Positions 13,721-25,182 of a stretch of 64,000 bases of DNA are shown here, piece after piece; positions within the stretch are counted from its first letter, which is position 1, and each line of letters opens with the position of its first letter. The stretch covers positions 13,020,001 to 13,084,000 of the forward strand of contig JANJGN010000034.1 in NCBI GenBank assembly GCA_026770705.1, read 5' to 3'. The DNA is from Isurus oxyrinchus (lineage: Eukaryota). The position numbers were made by a program, and so were the translations under genes. Below the pieces are notes generated by a model. It was not told the DNA's origin and did no database searches. It saw nothing but the letters and a program-made list of their open reading frames with translations.

Positions 13721-14381
13721 ACTCTATGAGTTAACAAAGAAAGGAATTCTAGCCAGAGAGGACAAAGTGATGACAGGCTACTGCTTGGACACAGTTGTGT
13801 AACAGAATGTCTAACTTCAGATGCATGAGTTACTGGAATTAATTCTTTCACCAGAATTCATATGGTCTGACCGAGGTGCGGATGTGGCTTCAGGAAGTCT
13901 GAAAGCAAAAGTAAATTCAGTGGGCTGGATTGCAGGGAATTGCAAAATTGTTACAGCACGTGAGGAGGCCATTCAGCCCATTGTGTCAGTGCTGGTCTAC
14001 CATGTCGATTGTTCTCTCCTTGCTTCTAACCACTGCTGTTGTTACGGGTAAGTTTTAGAGAAGCGATTATTCCGCTATGTATTCTCAATCAGCTTGTTTA
14101 ACATTCCATTCGAATGGTGGTAGAACAACAATTTATACTGCATGAGAGGAGAGCGCTGATCGGTTGGTAAGCGGACTCATGGTAATGCCTTGACCAATCA
14201 GAGTTGGCCTGCCTGGTTTGAGTTTCAACAAAAGCTCGGCAGTTAACTGTTTCCTGGTGCATTCTCCATGGCAACACCTCTACCATTCAGAGTCCACTTG
14301 GTGAAGGTGGCAGGACACCAGGCTAGCAGAATTGTTGTTGCTTCACCCGTCCTTCACATACATGCAGCTGTTACTTTAGCT

Positions 14382-14451
14382 ATGAATTTCTTTCACTTGA
14401 ATCGAACGCCATCCATAATTGGCATCCTCTTAGTCCTTGGATGCTGCTCAT
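14382..14451 (+). CDS. IgV-ITAM receptor, putative exon 1 (signal peptide MNFFHLNRTPSIIGILLVLGCCS)
   Basis: ATG at 14382, hydrophobic core, 70-nt phase-1 exon 114 bp upstream of the V exon; donor T|GTGATG is weak. Confidence 0.55.
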
Positions 14452-14565
14452 GTGATGCTCAATAAAAACTCGAGCGAAGTTTCATGTCACTTCCCACGTG
14501 TTCAGGACTGCGCATGAGATTTTACGCAGCCGGGTTCCTGAAATTGTATCACATCGCTCTTACAG

Positions 14566-14913
14566 GTGGCGTTAGGGGCGGCAAGGGTGAATGCCCGGAG
14601 GTGAATTTTAATGGGTCCCACTCCGTGTCACTACATTGCTCTGACCCATCCTACGCAAGAGCAACCCTCGTCCAGTGGCGCTGGACGGACTCACTGGGAA
14701 AGTGGAAAGAGCTCCTTCTCCTACAAGTCCTGAACGGGAATGTCACGGAGCACCCAGGCCGGTCCGACCTGGGCCTCTCCAGAGAGAGGTGCGTGGAAAG
14801 TGGAGACTGCTCACTGACTATGACACCTACAGGAGATGATGTTGGGCTCTACCATTGCGTTGTGTGGACCAACGCGCGGATTACTGAAGAACAGTCCCTC
14901 CTGGCATATAAAG
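14566..14913 (+). CDS. IgV-ITAM receptor, exon 2 (V-set Ig domain)
   Basis: ctcttacag| acceptor, G|gttaga donor, 348 nt, phase 1-1; SVSLHC, VQWRW, GDCSLTM, DVGLYHC. Confidence 0.9.
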
Positions 14914-15239
14914 GTTAGAGTTTTATCCTGATAGATTCCATACGCAGAACGTATCTTCAGAAGAGAATCCCGAAATGACCAAGGGGTCTTTTAATTGCTT
15001 GGCCCTTGAGTCATGTAGAGAAGGGACTGGAAAACACATCTGTCCCTTGAGACCAGTAAATTCCCCAACAATAGGACTTGCATTTATATAGCTCCTTTCA
15101 CAGCCGCCTGACATCCTTTGTGGAGTAGTCACTGTTGTTGTTGTTGTCAGACAGGAAATGCAGCAGCCAATTTGCGCACAGCAAGCTCCCACCAACAGCA
15201 ATGTGTTGGGGGCCCCACCCATCAGTGCTGTTTCTATTC

Positions 15240-15578
15240 AATCATGGGGATGCAGGCATCACTGGGCCAGGCCAGCATTTATTACCCATCCCTTATTACC
15301 CTAGTTCAGAGGTCATTTAAGAGTCAAACCACATTGCTGTGTGGGTCTGGAGTCACATGTAGGCCAGACCAGGTGAGGACAGAGGATTTCCTTCCCTAAA
15401 TGGCATTGGTGAACCAGATTTTACAACAATCAGCAGTGGTTTTGTGGTCATCATTAGACTTTTAATTCTGGATTTTTATTGAATTCAAATTCCACCATCT
15501 GCTGTGGAGGGAATCAAACCCTGGTTCCCAAAGAATTGCCCTGGGGTCTCTGGATTACTACTCCAGCGATAATACCAC
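15240..15578 (-). mobile_element. tRNA-derived SINE; further copies near 41705-42630 (split by a CR1), 48535-48840, 52790-53090 and 60490-60770
   Basis: Shared core ctggcctacatgtgactccagacccacagcaatgtgg and box-B-like ggttcaaatccc; tail gggcaataaatgctggc is shared with the LINE at 58520-59375. Confidence 0.8.
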
Positions 15579-16299
15579 NNNNNNNNNNNNNNNNNNNNNN
15601 NNNNNNNNNNNNNNNNNNNNNNNNNNNNNNNNNNNNNNNNNNNNNNNNNNNNNNNNNNNNNNNNNNNNNNNNNNNNNNNNNNNNNNNNNNNNNNNNNNNN
15701 NNNNNNNNNNNNNNGTGCGTATGTGCANNNNNNNNNNNNNNNNNNNNNNNNNNNNNNNNNNNNNNNNNNNNNNNNNNNNNNNNNNNNNNNNNNNNNNNNN
15801 NNNNNNNNNNNNNNNNNNNNNNNNNNNNNNNNNNNNNNNNNNNNNNNNNNNNNNNNNNNNNNNNNNNNNNNNNNNNNNNNNNNNNNNNNNNTGTTCTCCT
15901 TCAAAATAGAACCAGCGGGTCCTTCGCCACCCACCCGAGCCTCTCCTAAAAGCTGGCACCTCTGACAGTGCAGCACTCCCCCAGTGCCGCCGCTGGGGTG
16001 ACAGGCCCTGATTTCAGCACGCAAGCCCTGGAGTGGGGCTTGAACCCAGAACCTCGCTGCCAACTGAGGGGCAGCTAAGCACAGACGTGGAAAGCACAGA
16101 CGTCAGTGTCGCATGGTGATTCCGCATGGAATCACGGGTTTGCCAAATTTGAGACTTACAGAGGGCAGCCAAAATGTAATTTGTCAGAATTCAAGAGCAG
16201 TCAAAGTGGGGTCAATAAGGCACACGGCTACTAGCTAGGGGTGTTTACGAAGTAGGCAAAGCCCTCATACCCGCACACAATTGTATTTATAAATCAGAG

Positions 16300-16950
16300 A
16301 TAAAAACAAAAAACTGCGGATGCTGGAAATCCAAAACAAAAACAGAATTATCTGGAAAAACTCAGCAATTCTGGCAGCATCGGCGGAGAAGAAAAGAGTT
16401 GACGTTTCAAGTCCTCATGACCCTTCAACAGAACTAAGTAAAATTAGGAGAGGGGTGAAACATAAGCTGGTTTAAGGTGGGGGGGGTCGTGGGGGGAGAG
16501 AAGCCGTGGGGGTGGTTGTAGGGACAAGCAAGCAGTGATAGGAGCAGATAATCAAAAGATGTCACAGACAAAAGAACAAAGGGGTGTTGAAGATGGTTCT
16601 GTCCAAGGGTCATGAGGACTCGAAACGTCAACTCTTTTCTTCTCTGCCGATGCTGCCAGACCTGCTGAGTTTTTCCAGATAATCCTGTTTTTGTGTTGAA
16701 TGTGGTGATATTATCTAAACGAATGTGCTAATTAAGAATGGATGGTAGGGTACTCAAGGTATAGCTCTAGTGGGGGTGGGGTGAAATAAGACTAAAAGGG
16801 CATAAAAGGTATAGATTTAAAAATAATAGGTGGGAAAAGAAAAATCTGTATAAATTATTGGAAAAAACAAAAGGAAGGGGGGAGAAACGGAAAGGGGGTG
16901 GGGATGGAGGAGGGAGTTCAAGACCTAAAGTTGTTGGAATCAGTATCAGT
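16300..16950 (-). mobile_element. PLE 3' end containing a short oppositely oriented PLE 3' piece (about 16592-16694)
   Basis: Same tail as 12197-12750; the inner piece is the reverse complement of 16335-16432 and is flanked by gtgttgaa on both sides. Confidence 0.85.
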
Positions 16951-17191
16951 CCAAATCTATTGTTACAGCCAAAGCTGGTTAAAGCAGTAGGGCCCTCCAG
17001 GTGTCTCAAAATGTTGCTGCTGCCAGTGTGATCAGAAATACTCGCTCGAGGATATCAGTCTGGGGTTTGGAGGTCAATGTAAAACCTCTGAGGGCCCGTC
17101 TCTGTAAGCAGCCCACCAGTTGCAACGTGCCTCTGTTGTCGGGCGGTTCGGAGCAGTTTTCTAAGTCCCTTCGGTTTCTGTTCCTCCACAG

Positions 17192-17308
17192 CGGGCCTCA
17201 AGGCTGTCCGAGCGACCTACGTGGCTGTGGGGGTCTGCGGGGGTTTGCTGCTTCTCCTGGCTCTCGTCGGGTTGGCTTGGATCTGCAGGCGAAAAGGCAG
17301 AGGTCAGG
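17192..17308 (+). CDS. IgV-ITAM receptor, TM exon (AGLKAVRATYVAVGVCGGLLLLLALVGLAWICRRKGRGQ)
   Basis: ttcctccacag| acceptor, G|gtgagt donor, 117 nt, phase 1-1; hydrophobic helix followed by RRK. Confidence 0.9.
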
Positions 17309-18171
17309 GTGAGTGTGAGGGGCCAAAAGGCCATTGGGTGAGGTAGGGTCTGGAATCGATCCGGGGTATCGCTTGGTGGCCCGCTGTTACCGCCCCCCCC
17401 CCCCACCCCAGATGTTGTCAGCTTGATGTGGGTTCAGTTAGCAAGTCCCTGTGGGGAACATCAATCGCGTTAACCATTGCACTTCACCTTCACCACCCCC
17501 ATCTCCGTTAAGCAGCTGAATGGGAATTAGTAAGTAGAACAATGTGGGAACAATGTGGCCGATAGTCTGCAGCCAGTAGTTGGATGTACTTGGGTGACTT
17601 GAAGCGTCCGGGCTACGTGCCGAGTGCTGGGAGATGGGGTTAGGAATGGACAGGTGCTTGATGGCCAGCACGGACAGGATGGGCCGAAGGGCCTGTTTCC
17701 GTGCTGTACGGCACTGTGACTCCATGACTCATTGCGTCGGGCCGCATTTTAACCCCCAAACCCCCCCCCACCCCCGACCTTTCCCCCTGCTGTCGTTCAA
17801 ACAGTCGACAACGAGGTGCCCGCCCCTTCCACATCCACTGCAGCGCGGTGGAAAGATCAGGCGTGGGCTGTTTCTGGGCGGGCGATTAGACACTTCGGCC
17901 GCTTTCCTAGGCCGCTGGCCAGCGACCACTGGCGTTGACATAGCGCCTTCAACCAACCACATGGGTCGTGCGAGTCAGGCAACAGTGAGCAGGAGCTTAT
18001 CAACAAACACCATAGAAAGCTGGACCCCTTTACTCCTCGCTCGCTCTGCCAGCGCAGGGTAGAACATTATGAACAGTGAGGACCGATTTTGGATGTGAAT
18101 CGGGGGTGGCTTGTTTTTCCCTTGAATATCCCATGTCTAATCTTGCTTTGTTTTCCTTTATGCCACTGCAG

Positions 18172-18191
18172 CTCAGAGTTCTGAATCCCAG
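18172..18191 (+). CDS. IgV-ITAM receptor, cytoplasmic micro-exon (AQSSESQ)
   Basis: Pyrimidine tract plus ctgcag| acceptor, CAG|gtaggc donor, 20 nt, phase 1 to 0 as the next exon requires. Confidence 0.8.
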
Positions 18192-18729
18192 GTAGGCGAT
18201 GATTTAATAAAAGTCGTTGACGAAAATGTTGCCAATCACCGTTATCTTGTAGCCCAATCCTGTTGCTTTAAAAATGTAGCAAATAATTGCCCGTGTACTT
18301 TGGATAACTTTCACCGGGACAAACACAAGAGTACCAAATTGCATTCACACCAGTTCATGCTGCAATAATACAATCATTATGATAACACTTATTATTAATA
18401 AATACTATGATTTGCTTATTTTTCAATGTTTTGCCTCTCCATGGATGATTAATTCATAATCGCCCTGTGACACCATCTTTTTAAGCAGCTTGGCACACAA
18501 ACCAGCATTAATGTCTATCTCCAGGATTATTGTTTACCTTTTTTCAAGTGGACCACTCTAAACATCCACTAAAATGGCAGGGGAAGAATTTCAGGTTCAA
18601 AGATCCCTCCATGATAACCAATGGCCTCATTTCAAAATTTAACTAAAAAAAGATGTTAAGATCATGAAATGACACTTCTGGTAGCAAATGTACACATTTA
18701 GCACTTGGTGTCAACTGTCTCTAGCCCAA

Positions 18730-21150
18730 CGCCTCCTCCTTTACTCCGCCTCCTCCTTTACTCCACCTCCTCCTTTACTCCGCCTCCTCATTTACACCGC
18801 CTTCCGCCTCGTCCATTACTCCACCTCCGCCTTTTCTCCGCCTCCACATTTACTTCGCCTCCTCCTTTACTCCACCTCCTCCTTTACCCCGCCTCCTCCT
18901 TTACCACGTCTCCTCCTTTACTCCGCCGCCTCCTTTACTCCACCTCCTCCTTTACCCCGCCTCCTCCTTTACCACGTCTCCTCCTTTACTCCGCCGCCTC
19001 CTTTACTCCACCTCCTCCTTTACCCCGCCTCCTCCTTTACCACGTCTCCTCCTTTACTCCGCCGCCTCCTTTACTCCACCTCCTCTGTTACTCCTCCTCC
19101 TCCTTTACTTTGCCTCCTCCTTTACTCCACCTCCTCCTTTACTCCACCTCCTTTACTCCGCCTCCTCCTTTACTCCACCTTCCCCTTTACTTTGCCTCCT
19201 CCTTTACTCCGCCTTCTGCTTTACTCCGCCTTCTGCTTTACTCCTCCTCCTTTACTCCGCCTCCTCCATTACTCCGCCTCCTCCTTTACTCCACCTCCTC
19301 CTTTACTCCACCTTCCCCTTTACTTTGCCTCCTCCTTTACTCCACCTCCTCCTTTACTCCGCCTTCTCCTTTACTCCGCCTTCTGCTTTACTCCACCTCC
19401 TCCTTTACTCCGCCTCCTCCTTTACTCCGCCTTCTCCTTTACTCCGCCTCCTCCATTACTCCGCCTCCTCCTTTACTCCGCCTCCTCCTTTACTCCACCT
19501 CCTCCTTTACTCCACCTCCTCCTTTACTCCACCTCCTCCTTTACTCCTCCTCCACCTTTACTCCGCCTCTTCCTTTACTCCACCTTTCCCTTTACTTTCT
19601 CTCCTCATTTACTCCACCATCTCCGTTACTCCACCTCCTCCTTTACTCCACCTCATTTACTCCGCCTCCTCCTTTACTCCGCCTTCTCCTTTACTCCACC
19701 TCCTCCTTTACTCCACCTCCTTCTTTACTCCACCTCCTCCTTTACTCCGCCTTCTCCTTTACTCCACCTCCTCCTTTACTCCACCTCCTTCTTTACTCCA
19801 CCTCCTCCTTTACTCCGCCTTCTCCTTTACTCCACCTCCTCCTTTACTCCGCCTCCTCATTTACACCGCCTTCCGCCTCGTCCATTACTCCACCTCCTCC
19901 TTTACTCCACCTCCTCCTTTACTCCACCTCCTTCTTTACTCCACCTCCTTCTTTACTCCACCTCCTCCTTTACTCCGCCTTCTCCTTTACTCCACCTCCT
20001 CCTTTACTCCACCTCCTTCTTTACTCCACCTCCTCCTTTACACCGCCTTCTCCTTTACTCCACCTCCTCCTTTACTACACCTCCTCCTTTACTCCGCCTT
20101 CTCCTTTACTCCACCTCCTCCTTTACTACACCTCCTCCTTTACTCCACCTCCTTCTTTACTCTGCCTCCTTCTTTACTTTGCCTCCTCCTTTACTCCGCC
20201 TCCTCCTTTACTACACCTCCTCCTTTACTCCGCCTCCTCCTTTACTCCGCCCCCTCCTTTACTCTGCCTCCTCCTTTACTCCGCCCCCTCCTTTACTCCG
20301 CCCCCTCCTTTACTCCGCCTCCTCCTTTACTCCGCCTCCTCCTTTACTCCGCCTCCTCCTTTACTCCACCTCCTCCTTTCCTCCACCTCCTCCTTTACTC
20401 CACCTCCTCCTTTACTACACCTCCTCCTTTACTCCACCTCCTCCTTTCCTCCACCTCCTCCTTTACTCCACCTCCTCCTTTACTCCACCTCCTCCTTTCC
20501 TCCACCTCCTCCTTTACTCCACCTCCTCCTTTACTCCACCTCCTCCTTTCCTCCACCTCCTCCTTTACTCCACCTCCTCCTTTACTACACCTCCTCCTTT
20601 ACTCCACCTCCTCCTTTACTCTGCCTTCTCCTTTACTTTGCCTCCTCCTTTACTCCACCTCCTCCTTTACTCCGCCTCCTCCTTTACTCCGCCCCCTCCT
20701 TTACTCCGCCTCCTCCTTTACTCCACCTCCTCCTTTCCTCCACCTCCTCCTTTACTCTGCCTTCTCCTTTACTTTGCCTCCTCCTTTACTCCACCTCCTC
20801 ATTTACTTTGCCTCCTCCTTTACTCCACCTCCTTCTTTACTCTGCTTCCTCCTTTACTCCACCTCCTCCTTTACTCCACCTCCTCCTTTACTCCACCTCC
20901 TCCTTTACTACACCTCCTCCTTTACTCCACCTCCTCCTTTACTTTGCCTCCTACTTTACTCCACCTCCTCCTTTACTCCTCCTCCACCTTTACTCCGCCT
21001 CTTCCTTTACTCCACCTTTCCCTTTACTTTCTCTCCTCATTTACTCCACCTCCTCCTTTACTTTGCCTCCTACTTTACTCCACCTCCTCCTTTACTCCAC
21101 CTCCTCCTTTACTCCACCTCCTCCTTTACTCCACCTCCTCCTTTACTCCC
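18730..21150. repeat. 17-bp pyrimidine-rich minisatellite (actccacctcctccttt)n, 2.4 kb, intronic
   Basis: Directly visible; explains ORFs at 18688-21220. Confidence 0.97.
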
Positions 21151-21799
21151 CCATCTGCTGAGCAAGTGTTATTGCAGGATTACTAGGTTCATTGTGGAGG
21201 TGGAGCTAATAATTTTTTGAAATTTATGGGATGTGGGCATCACTGGCTGGGCCAACATTTATTGCCCATCCCTAATTGCCCCTTCAGAAGGTGGTGGTGA
21301 GCTGCCTTGAGCCACTGCAGTCCCTGCAGTGTAGGTACACCCACAGCGCTGTTAGGGAGGGAGTTCCAGGATTTTGACCCAGCGACAGTGACGGTACAAT
21401 AGCATCAAACTAAGGGCACAACGATTGGTTTTAAAATGGGGGTTTGGATGACGGCTCAGTGCCGAGAATTCCCCACCATCTTCCACACATCTTAAATATT
21501 GCAGCTGATCACAACTCCCTGATGCGGAAGTAATTGTTCAACAGGCTGGGTAAGATCAGGCCTTTCTCCTTGCATCACTGAGTAGACCCTGATCCTCAAA
21601 TGGGCACTAGTGAGTCAGCAACCCATTTCACACCTGGCTTCATTTTTACTCCCTGTTGACTTCAATAATATCCAGATGTATTTGATAGTAATAATACCAG
21701 CGTCAGTGAACTGTTCTCTGTTGCCTTTGTTAATAGTAGTTAGTAATGGTTATTAATAGCCAGAGAAAGGTCACTTTCTGTTGTGTTCATTAATTACAG

Positions 21800-21832
21800 A
21801 ATCAAAGAAGAAACTTAGATTCGACTTACATG
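21800..21832 (+). CDS. IgV-ITAM receptor, cytoplasmic exon (NQRRNLDSTYM), first ITAM tyrosine
   Basis: taattacag| acceptor, ATG|gtaagc donor, 33 nt, phase 0-0. Confidence 0.85.
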
Positions 21833-21939
21833 GTAAGCGTGCGAGCAGATTTACTACCTCACAGTTTCTTCCTTTAACATGACGGAGTTATCCAGCCGGG
21901 TTAAATGTCCATTCATGCTTTTTCTCATTTTCTACAAAG

Positions 21940-21987
21940 GGCCTGAACTTGAGTGACCGTCAGCTTTACAGCAATCTGGGGTGGTAA
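21940..21987 (+). CDS. IgV-ITAM receptor, last coding exon (GLNLSDRQLYSNLGW*), completes the ITAM
   Basis: tttttctcattttctacaaag| acceptor; completes YMGL-x7-YSNL; TAA at 21985-21987. Confidence 0.85.
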   Translation, partial: GLNLSDRQLYSNLGW

Positions 21988-22489
21988 GATCAGATTTCTC
22001 GATTTGAAATAGCCACAGGGTCATTATGGCACTGAAGGAGGCCGTTCGGCCTATCGAGGGCCGGCTAGCTCTCCGCCGAGCAGCCCAGTCGGTCCCCTCC
22101 TTCCGCTCTATCCCTCTGCACCCCCCCCCCCCCACAAATTCATTCTCCCCCCACTTGCCGATCTGATTTTCCTTTGAAATCATTCACCGCCTCCCCTTCC
22201 ACCACCCTCGTGGGCAGCGGGTTTTGGGTCAATGCTCACCGCATTGAAAAAGCTCTCTCTCGTATTCCACCACCCCCCCGCCCCACCCACCCACCGTTTC
22301 TCTTGCCCCCGAAACCTTACTTCTGTGTCCCTTAGCCTCTGTGCCAATGGGTAAAGAGAATGAATTTTTTTTTGCCACCTCATCTAAACCTGTCAGAACC
22401 TTGTCCAGCTCCATCAAACCTCCCCTCAGCTCCAAGGGGAAGGAGCCCAGCTCCTCCAGCCTGAGCTTAAAACCCAGAACACCCCATTA

Positions 22490-23065
22490 CCATAAGGCCA
22501 TAAGACATAGCAGCAGAAGTAGGCCATTCAGCCCATCGAGTCTGCTCTGCCATTCAATGAGATCATGGCTGACCTGATAATCCTCAACTCCACTTTCCTG
22601 CCTTTCCCCCATAATTCTTAATTCCTTTACCGATTAAAAATCTGTCCATCTCAACCTTGAATATACTTAGCGACCCAGACTCTACAGCCCTCTGCGGTAA
22701 AGAATTCCACAGATTAACTACCCTCTGAGAGAAGAAATTCCTCCTCATCTCTGTTTTAAATGGGTGACCCCTTACTCTGAGATTATACCCTCTGGCCCTA
22801 GACTCTCCCACAAGGGGAAACAACCTCTCAGCATCTACCCTGTCAAGCTACCTAAGAATCTTATTTGTTTCAATAAGGGTCGCCTCTCATTCTTCTAAAC
22901 TCCAATGAGTATAGGCCCAACCTACTCAATCTCTCCTCATAAGAAATTCCCTCCCTACCTGGAATCAATCTGGTGAACCTTCTCTGGACTTCCTCCAAGG
23001 CCATTATATCTTTCCTTAGATAAGGGGACAAAAACTGTTCACAATATTCTAGATGTGGTCTAATG
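22490..23065 (-). mobile_element. CR1-clade LINE 3' fragment
   Basis: [49 protein letters not shown]; short-repeat tail ccataag. Confidence 0.92.
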
Positions 23066-24150
23066 TGCTTTACCAATTGCTTTAGTTTTGTTAACATTTA
23101 ATAGCGTTCTGAGAATCTGTAGGGTTTACAGTACATGCTTGTTTACCTTTGCAAAGCTTTGTGTTTTATCCATGCTTCTCAAATCAATCCAATTAACACG
23201 AATATTCCACTTTTCAACTAACAGATGTTTGCAGGAGCCACTGTGGACCCAGTGAAAAGCTATTGCTTTGAAGGTCAATGTGACCAGTGGCCCAGCAGAG
23301 ATTATTCTCGAATTCACTTCCCTTCGCCGACCAGATATCATTTACGTTTGCTGATTCGATATATTTAAACAATTAGCTGCACAAATCAAATTCAAAGTAC
23401 TATGGTTGTGAATCATATAAACAGTTGTGGAGGGATACTCTCTTCACCACCTGTAGGGGGAGTGCTGAATGACAGAAATGGGAGCACAAGGAGGACATTC
23501 AGCCCATTTATCCTGTCCACCATTCAATACGATCATGGCTAATCTTCTACCTCNNNNNNNNNNNNNNNNNNNNNNNNNNNNNNNNNNNNNNNNNNNNNNN
23601 NNNNNNNNNNNNNNNNNNNNNNNNNNNNNNNNNNNNNNNNNNNNNNNNNNNNNNNNNNNNNNNNNNNNNNNNNNNNNNNNNNNNNNNNNNNNNNNNNNNN
23701 NNNNNNNNNNNNNNNNNNNNACACGCTCTCTCTCTTGCACTCCCTCTCTTCTTGTTCCTTCTAATTCCTCTTTGAAATTCAAACAACCTCACAACTTATC
23801 TACACATGTAAATGTTAGCTTGTCCATCTCCATTTCAAAATGCTTGTTTTTATATCCAAACCTTTTAATGATTTGAACCTTGCAGTCTGACTGTCTTCAG
23901 TTTAATTAAATTAGCCACACACTCACACATGTGTACACACACAAACACACACACTATTCACACTCTCACAAACAGACAGACACACACAGAGGAATACACA
24001 CATCCTCACCCACACATGCACACACTGGCACACACAAACACACACGCACTCACTATACACACACACTCACACACAGACATAGACACACACACACTCTCTC
24101 TCACACACACACACACTCACACAGAAACTCACAGACACACATGCACACAC

Positions 24151-25104
24151 TGTAAACTGAATATCATTTTTCCTAATATTACTGTGGGGGCTGAGAGTGT
24201 GTGGCTAATTTAATTAAACTGAAGACAGTCAGGCTGCAAGGTTCAAATCATCAAAGGGTTTGATATAAAATCAGGCATTTTGATGGACGAGTTAAAATTT
24301 ACATGTGTAGATAAGTTGTAGATAAGTTGAGAGGCTGGTTGAATTTCAAAGAGGAATTAGAAGGTGGGAGGAAAATGTTTGCATCTTGCAGGAGTTCAAA
24401 GGTAAACATGTAGTGGAAATATCATATTTTTATTGACCCAAAAGCAAAGATAAGATGGAAACATGAAATATCATATATTTGGAAGAGTTTGAGTTTCAAA
24501 GAAAGTTTAGAACAATGGGTTTAGAGATAAAAGAGGAAAATATAGTAAAGGGAAGGTTGAAAGCTGTGTGTTGAGTGGCCATGTGAGATCTTGAAAGGTG
24601 GGCTGTGCAAAGGCAGACTTGTGGAAAGCAGCTCCTAGCCCCGCCCCAGAGAAGTGCTTGCTTGTTCTAGGAAGCCAGGTGGTGTTAAAAGTCTTTGATT
24701 TCCATTGCTGAGTGAGAGGAAGAGAGAAGCTGTGAAATACCTCCTTAATGGTGGGTGCCATGTGGTAATATTATTGGATGTTTTATAAATTAAGAATCTA
24801 TTTGGACTGTTGCCTGAAAAAAGGTGTTGATTTGGGAGTCTAGCTAGGTAGCAATCTTTTGGGAAGTGTTATATGACTAAATTTAACTGTGTAACTGTAA
24901 TCTTTTGTGCTTAAGTTCTTTTTGTTAATAAATGTTTGAATTTAATCTTTAAAATCTCCAAAGGTGGTAGTGAAATCTTTACTTCTGACCTCAGTGCACA
25001 TACTTTCTCATAATAAAAACAAATTACAAATCGTTGTGATAGCTTGGCCAAGTTTTCTTTTGCGATTTGAGCAGCCCGGCAATTACCACCAGCCATGTCA
25101 TAAC
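24151..25104. mobile_element. About 950-bp LTR-like interspersed repeat, copy 1 (TGT...ACA), in (CA)n
   Basis: Colinear with 31664-32604; internal AATAAA; a partial inverted copy lies at 23752-23925. Confidence 0.7.
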
Positions 25105-25182
25105 ACACACGCACTGTTGTGGGAGGGGTGGGGGGGGGGTGGGTGGGGTGATGGGTAATATAGGGGTTAAGTAAGTATTTAT

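Noticed and set aside
18688-21220. Pro/Leu-rich ORFs of 631-832 aa
   Set aside because: A 17-bp tandem repeat inside an intron, open in all three plus frames.
14382-21987. Calling the ITAM gene CD79A or CD3
   Set aside because: YMGLNL resembles CD79a YEGLNL, but there is no acidic TM residue, no CxxC motif and no post-ITAM tail.
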